DNA of 64,000 bases from Amoebidium appalachense (lineage: Eukaryota > Protista > Ichthyosporea). Positions 58,850 through 64,000 of this stretch are shown piece after piece; position 1 is the stretch's first letter; each line of letters opens with the position of its first letter. Made by a program: the position numbers and the translations under genes. The DNA lies in assembly GCA_963693365.1 (NCBI GenBank), contig CAVNZM010000004.1, forward strand, positions 13,698,024 to 13,762,023, written 5' to 3'. The notes below the pieces were generated by a model. The model had not been told where the DNA came from. It saw only the letters and a program-made list of their open reading frames with translations, and did no database searches.

Positions 58850-59222
58850 CCGGGGCGTGGTTCCGGGAGGCAGGGGAGGCAGGGGGGGCACACGTGCAGG
58901 GGAGGCAGGGGGGGGCACACGTGCAGGGGAGGCAGGGGGGACACTCACTGCCACCACTGGGGGCCGTGGTTCCGGCAGCAGGGGGGGCAGGGGGGCAGGG
59001 GAGGCACACGTGCACAGGAGGCTGGGGAGAGTGGGGGAACCATGGCTATCCCCCATGTATGGCTGAGTTAAGACCATTTGTTCATGTAGCACGATCTTCT
59101 AGCATGCACGTGTTGGAATGCCACCACTGGGGGGCCTGGTTCCGGGAGGCAGGGGGGCTGGGGAGGCAGGGGGGCAGGGGGGCAGGGGGGCAGGGGGGAC
59201 TGGGGGGACTGGGGGGACTGGC
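58850..59222. repeat. G-rich imperfect repeats (CACGTGCAGGGGAGGCAGGGGG; GGTTCCGG.AG x3; GGCAGGGG and GGGGGACTG units)
   Basis: Directly visible. Confidence 0.75.
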
Positions 59223-59292
59223 ATGCCACTCACGGGGAGGATAGTGTATGTTGGCACGTGTGGGTGTGTGGGTGATAAAGGCAGAAGCCACA

Positions 59293-59715
59293 ACACGTGT
59301 GGTGTCTAAACAGCCTATAGGCATGCTCCGTGTGCAGGCACCAATTTCTACCCTCTTCTGGTTGGTGCCAAGAGGCAGCGCCCTACACGTGTGGTGTCTA
59401 AACAGCCTATAGGCATGCTCCGTGTGCAGGCACCAATTTCTACCCTCTTCTGGTTGGTGCCAAGAGGCAGCGCCCTACACGTGTGGTGTCTAAACAGCCT
59501 ATAGGCATGCTCCGTGTGCAGGCACCCATTTCTACCCTCTTCTGGTTGGTGCCAAGAGGCAGCGCCCTACACGTGTGGTGTCTAAACAGCCTATAGGCAT
59601 GCTCCGTGTGCAGGCACCAATTTCTACCCTCTTCTGGTTGGTGCCAAGAGGCAGCGCCCTACACGTGTGGTGTCTAAACAGCCTATAGGCATGCTCCGTG
59701 TGCAGGCACCAATTT
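59293..59715. repeat. 92-bp tandem repeat, ~4.6 copies, palindrome-rich
   Basis: Units start at 59293, 59385, 59477, 59569, 59661; near-identical. Confidence 0.97.
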
Positions 59716-59901
59716 GTTGTGCCTTCCTTTTTTGGTTAGATCTATACCCGGCCAATGGTTAGCAGCCACGGGTTTGTTTTCATCAAGCTTAGACGTGATA
59801 CTTTGCCAACCATCAAGGCCGTTTGAGTGACAATGACCGTTGATTGGAGAGATCTATCCCATTGAGCCTTGGCACCATTGCTGTAAGCTGCTTTGTACCG
59901 T

Positions 59902-59914
59902 GGCATATAAAAGC
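59902..59914 (+). promoter_or_regulatory. TATA element GGCATATAAAAGC
   Basis: ~95 nt upstream of ATG 60009; identical 13-mer upstream of the convergent gene. Confidence 0.7.
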
Positions 59915-60008
59915 AGCACACACGGTCACATTCACTCATTTCAACACTGACACTCAATAGTAAAAGGCGACACACAACAAACTTGCTTTTCAAACACTCA
60001 CACGAAAC

Positions 60009-61229
60009 ATGGATTCTTGGAAAGAGGAGCTTCAACAGCTGCAGAAGCGCTTTGATTTTCTGTACACGGACCATTCGTCTCGCTTAACGGCCCTGCACAC
60101 CGACGTCACCAGCCTCCGCACCGACCTCACCAGCCTCCGCAGTCAAGTGACCAATGAGAATGCTGCGCGTACCCCCCGACCCCCCCAACCCCAGCCCTCT
60201 GATGTAGAGGCACGACTGAGGGCAGCCGAAGAGCAGATCAAGACCCTGCAGGCCGAGCTTGCCAGCCTGCAACGGGCTGCAGCACCCCGTCGGGATGGCC
60301 AGGTGGCCTATGAAAACTACATTTTCAGTGGCCCTCGCAAGACTACCATTGCCGCCAACACCACCACTGTGACTGCTGACCCCACCCCTGCCGCCAACAC
60401 CACCACTGTGACTGCCCCCACCCCTGTCGCAAAGACCGCCCCTGTGACTGCCCCCACCCCTGCCGCAAAGACCACCCCTGTGACTGCCCCCACCCCTGTC
60501 GCAAAGACCACCCCTGTGACTGCCCCCACCCCTGTCGCAAAGACCGCCCCTGTGACTGCCCCCACCCCTGCCGCAAAGACCACTCCTGCCAAGACCACCC
60601 CTACCACCAAGACCACTCCTGCCAAGACCACCCCTACCACCAAGACCACTCCTGCCAAGACCACCCCTACCACCAAGACCACTCCTGCCAAGACCACCCC
60701 TGCCGCTAAGCCCAGGCCCAAGCACACCAAAACACCTGAGACTTCGTTGCATGACCATACGATGGACCTCGATGCACAGCTAACTAGTGTGAGGGGGGAG
60801 CTCCAGAATGCTCGAGAGCGTGTCAAAGAGGCAAAGGCGGCTGAAGATGAAATGGCGGAGGGCCTGGCCATTGCTGCTGTGTGTGCAGCCCAAAACACCA
60901 TAAAAAGCATCCGAAGGAAGATTCTGCGACGGGAGAAGAACTTGAAGGCATACACAGGTGGTAATGAGTCTGTCTCTTCACCTGCCTCACCCGCCAAACG
61001 CGTCCATGATCAATGTGATTGGGACTCAGATGAAGCATTCAACCCCAAGCGGCTCAAACGACGGGCAAATCAGGTACTCGATGATATGACAGATGACGAA
61101 TCTGCGTCTGATCGTGAGTCGGTCGTGTATGACCGCAAACCTGAACCCAAACATAAACAAACTGAAGAAATTCCCCTCATTGATCTTGACCAGGAAGAGT
61201 TTGACCAGTATGAGCATGAGATGTACTGA
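60009..61229 (+). CDS. Intronless orphan (406 aa): coiled coils, T/P/A/K repeats, basic NLS-like segment, acidic tail
   Basis: Long ORF with in-frame 39-nt and 30-nt repeats, upstream TATA/CCAAT, T-rich 3' region; PKRLKRR; EEIPLIDLDQEE. Confidence 0.8.
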   Translation: MDSWKEELQQLQKRFDFLYTDHSSRLTALHTDVTSLRTDLTSLRSQVTNENAARTPRPPQPQPSDVEARLRAAEEQIKTLQAELASLQRAAAPRRDGQVAYENYIFSGPRKTTIAANTTTVTADPTPAANTTTVTAPTPVAKTAPVTAPTPAAKTTPVTAPTPVAKTTPVTAPTPVAKTAPVTAPTPAAKTTPAKTTPTTKTTPAKTTPTTKTTPAKTTPTTKTTPAKTTPAAKPRPKHTKTPETSLHDHTMDLDAQLTSVRGELQNARERVKEAKAAEDEMAEGLAIAAVCAAQNTIKSIRRKILRREKNLKAYTGGNESVSSPASPAKRVHDQCDWDSDEAFNPKRLKRRANQVLDDMTDDESASDRESVVYDRKPEPKHKQTEEIPLIDLDQEEFDQYEHEMY

Positions 61230-61634
61230 TTTGATTGGTCGACTAAGTGGCATTCTCTTTTGATTTGTATTTGAATTGATCGGTCTTGATTTATTTGTTT
61301 CTTTTCTCTTTTAGTTTGTATTTGAATATACTCGGTCCAAGTTGATTTGTTCTTTGTAATCTGACTAGACTATCATGTACGTACGTACTCTTTTTCTATA
61401 CAATCACTTGTGTTCATATTAAAGGATTCTGTGTACGTGGACCACGGAAACATACACCATTTTTTGCAGTGCTTCATGCTATAAAATAACCATGAGAGAC
61501 ACAAACAAATACACTAAGTGTGTACACGTCTACCCATAGGCCCAAGTGTTGACATGTCTGCCCACAGTTCCCTAAGGCTTAAAGCACACATCTGCCTGTA
61601 TGCCATAAACTTTACTTTCACCACAAGACACCCA

Positions 61635-62682
61635 CCTAAGTACACTCTGCACCACCCTAAGTACACTGTGGTGCACAGCCCCACCCTAAGTACACGTCTG
61701 CACCACCCTAAGTACACTGTGGTGCACAGCCCCACCCTAAGTACACGTCTGCACCACCCTAAGTACACTGTGGTGCACAGCCCCACCCTAAGTACACGTC
61801 TGCACCACCCTAAGTACACCTCTGCACCACCCTAAGTACACGTCTGCACCACCCTAAGTACACCTCTGCACCACCCTAAGTACACCTCTGCACCACCCTA
61901 AGTACACCTCTGCACAGCCCTAAGTACACCTCTGCACCACCCTAAGTACACTCTGCACCACCCTAAGTACACCTCTGCACAGCCCTAAGTACACCTCTGC
62001 ACCACCCTAAGTACACGTCTGCACCACCCTAAGTACACTCTGCACAGCCCCACCCTAAGTACACCTCTGCACAGCCCCACCCTAAGTACACTCTGCACCA
62101 CCCTAAGTACACGTCTGCACCACCCTAAGTACACTCTGCACAGCCCCACCCTAAGTACACCTCTGCACAGCCCCACCCTAAGTACACTCTGCACCACCCT
62201 AAGTACACGTCTGCACCACCCTAAGTACACTCTGCACAGCCCCACCCTAAGTACACGTCTGCACCACCCTAAGTACACCTCTGCACCACCCTAAGTACAC
62301 GTCTGCACCACCCTAAGTACACGTCTGCACAGCCCCACCCTAAGTACACTCTGCACCACTTTAAGTACACGTCTGCACCACCCTAAGTACACTCTGCACA
62401 GCCCCACCCTAAGTACACGTCTGCACCACCCTAAGTACACTCTGCACAGCCCCACCCTAAGTACACTCTGCACCACCCTAAGTACACTCTGCACCACCCT
62501 AAGTACCTCTACACCATCCTAAGTACACGTCTGCACAGCCCCACCCTTTAAGTACACGTCTGCACAGCCCCACCCTTTAAGTACACGTCTGCACCATCCT
62601 AAGTACACGTCTGCACAGCCCCACCCTTTAAGTACACGTCTGCACAGCCCCACCCTAAGTACACTCAATGTTAAGTACACCT
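61635..62682. repeat. Tandem array of 21-27-bp units with core CACCCTAAGTACAC (contains CCCTAA)
   Basis: Roughly 40 units, alternating GCACCACCCTAAGTACAC and GCACAGCCCCACCCTAAGTACAC variants. Confidence 0.95.
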
Positions 62683-62743
62683 GCACACAAGCACTAGAAT
62701 AGCCTGAGGCTACTCTCTAATAGCGGCCCCTTTTTTCACCGTG

Positions 62744-63490
62744 TCAAGGCCAGTTGATATCTCCGTCTGAAGACTCGGAAGACGCCCCAGAGCTGCTGGC
62801 TTCACTGGCTCGTGCCCTTTTCTGCTGTCCCCGTGTCAAGGTCTTGGACTCGTCTTCCGAGTGCTCCTCAGAAGACGAGTACTCCTCAGGTCCCCATAGC
62901 AAGGTCTTGAACCAAGGAGGCACTTCCTCCTGTACCTCCGACCCAGAGCTTTTGACTTCCTCTCGTGTCCTCTTCTGCTGTCTTCGTGGTTTCTCCCGTG
63001 TCTTGGACCCCTGTGTGAAGGTCTTCCAGTTGAACCAAGGAGGCACTGGAGAATGGTGCTCCTCCTCCGACCCAGAGCTTCTGACTTCCTCTCGTGTCCT
63101 CTTCTGCTGTCTTCGTGGTTTCTCCCGTGTCTTGGACCCCTGTGTGATGTGCAAACGTGAGCGCTGCAGGGGCAGGGGGGCCAAGTCCACGGGATAGGAG
63201 CTGCCATGCTCGCCAGCACGAAGTGCAGGTGCCGCTGCCAGGACAGGGGGTGCCACGGTCAGCGCTGGGGGTGCCACGGTCAGCGCTGGGGGTGCCACGG
63301 TCAGCGCTGGGGGTGCCACGGTTGCTGCTGTAGTGGTGCGCTTGCTTAAAGCCATGCGGGCGTGCCTAGCAAGGGCGCACGCGAAACGGGTCTGGGTGTC
63401 CCGCAGGACCTTTGCATCCTCCTCCAAAGTCTTGAGTCTTGTCTCTATTTTTTTAGCGCGCCTTTCTAGATCTTTGATGTTAGAACTCAT
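62744..63490 (-). CDS. Intronless orphan (248 aa): N-terminal coiled coil, TVAPPAL repeats, duplicated charged module
   Basis: ATG 63490 in aaaATG context, upstream TATA and many CCAAT boxes; in-frame internal duplication TQGSKTREKPRRQQKRTREEV.SSGSE...VPPWF. Confidence 0.72.
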   Translation of the reverse strand: MSSNIKDLERRAKKIETRLKTLEEDAKVLRDTQTRFACALARHARMALSKRTTTAATVAPPALTVAPPALTVAPPALTVAPPVLAAAPALRAGEHGSSYPVDLAPLPLQRSRLHITQGSKTREKPRRQQKRTREEVRSSGSEEEHHSPVPPWFNWKTFTQGSKTREKPRRQQKRTREEVKSSGSEVQEEVPPWFKTLLWGPEEYSSSEEHSEDESKTLTRGQQKRARASEASSSGASSESSDGDINWP

Positions 63491-63573
63491 TTTCGTGACA
63501 GTTGGATGTACGTTGTGTGCCAAGGGAGAAGCTAGCTAACATGGAAAAGGTGTGTGGATTGAAGAGAGTATGG

Positions 63574-63586
63574 GCTTTTATATGCC
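63574..63586 (-). promoter_or_regulatory. TATA element GGCATATAAAAGC with upstream CCAAT cluster (63620-63800)
   Basis: ~85 nt upstream of ATG 63490; at least five GATTGG on the plus strand beyond it. Confidence 0.7.
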
Positions 63587-64000
63587 GTGCCCGGCTTTGG
63601 CATCAGATGCTTTATTGCATTAGATTGGTTGGATATACCCCAGCCGCGACGCTTGATTGGATCTAGAGATCGCGTGAATATCTGATTGGCTAATTGTCAT
63701 TTGGGCATCTGGGTGTATCCGATAAGTTGGGGCTCAACCAAATCTGCTGACTGATTGATGAATTCTGATTGGATCAACAAGAGCATGTTTTGACTTGAGA
63801 ATTGTCATTGGACAGATTGGATTGTAATCCGATCTTTGCAACTTGGCCGTCAGTGTTTGAACACAATGTATTTTGATGTAGCAACTCCTAAAAAAACACG
63901 AATATGCTTCCCAACAATTACGAGCATTATTCTGTCTATCAGGGATACAAAAATTGGTCAGGAAAAGTACACAATCACATGGTGCTGACTGCTTGAACAC

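Noticed and set aside
60001-60011. CACGAAA(C)ATG start context shared by the two orphan genes as an element-specific signal
   Set aside because: The host PHGDH start has the same context, so it is probably the general initiation preference.
60084-60997. Antisense ORFs over the 406-aa gene
   Set aside because: Shadows of the repeat-rich sense ORF, with no promoter evidence.
59293-62682. CRISPR-like arrays
   Set aside because: Units are contiguous with no unique spacers, no cas genes are present, and the context is eukaryotic.

Overview
Eukaryotic nuclear DNA with GT-AG introns packed with (CA)n/(TG)n and poly-C/poly-G tracts; most listed ORFs are low-complexity artefacts. The gene mix (fungal/archaeal-type ASADH, SerA/SER3-type PHGDH, Reeler-domain, claudin-like and CEP85-like proteins) suggests a unicellular holozoan (inference). 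Genes I rebuilt by hand: 3' part of a CEP85-like gene (+, to 9123), an intronless orphan with a C3H motif (15240-15710), an intronless claudin/PMP22-like gene (18627-19661), a secreted Reeler + GY[DN]xx-repeat gene (22165-25542), ASADH (-), PHGDH (-) and DNMT2 (+). Best novelty candidates: (1) a young non-coding repeat family whose copies share one 3' end running into poly(C), are variably 5'-truncated and mostly sit inside C/G tracts, like a poly(C)-anchored retroposon, with two diverged relatives; (2) a 2.76-kb element with ~900-bp TIRs, TG...CA ends and a 5-bp TSD, carrying a promoter and ORF start in each TIR; (3) a microsatellite-free block (~58-64 kb) with two convergent intronless orphan genes sharing a 13-nt TATA motif, flanking a CCCTAA-containing tandem array. 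No database searches were run; homopolymer lengths may be unreliable.
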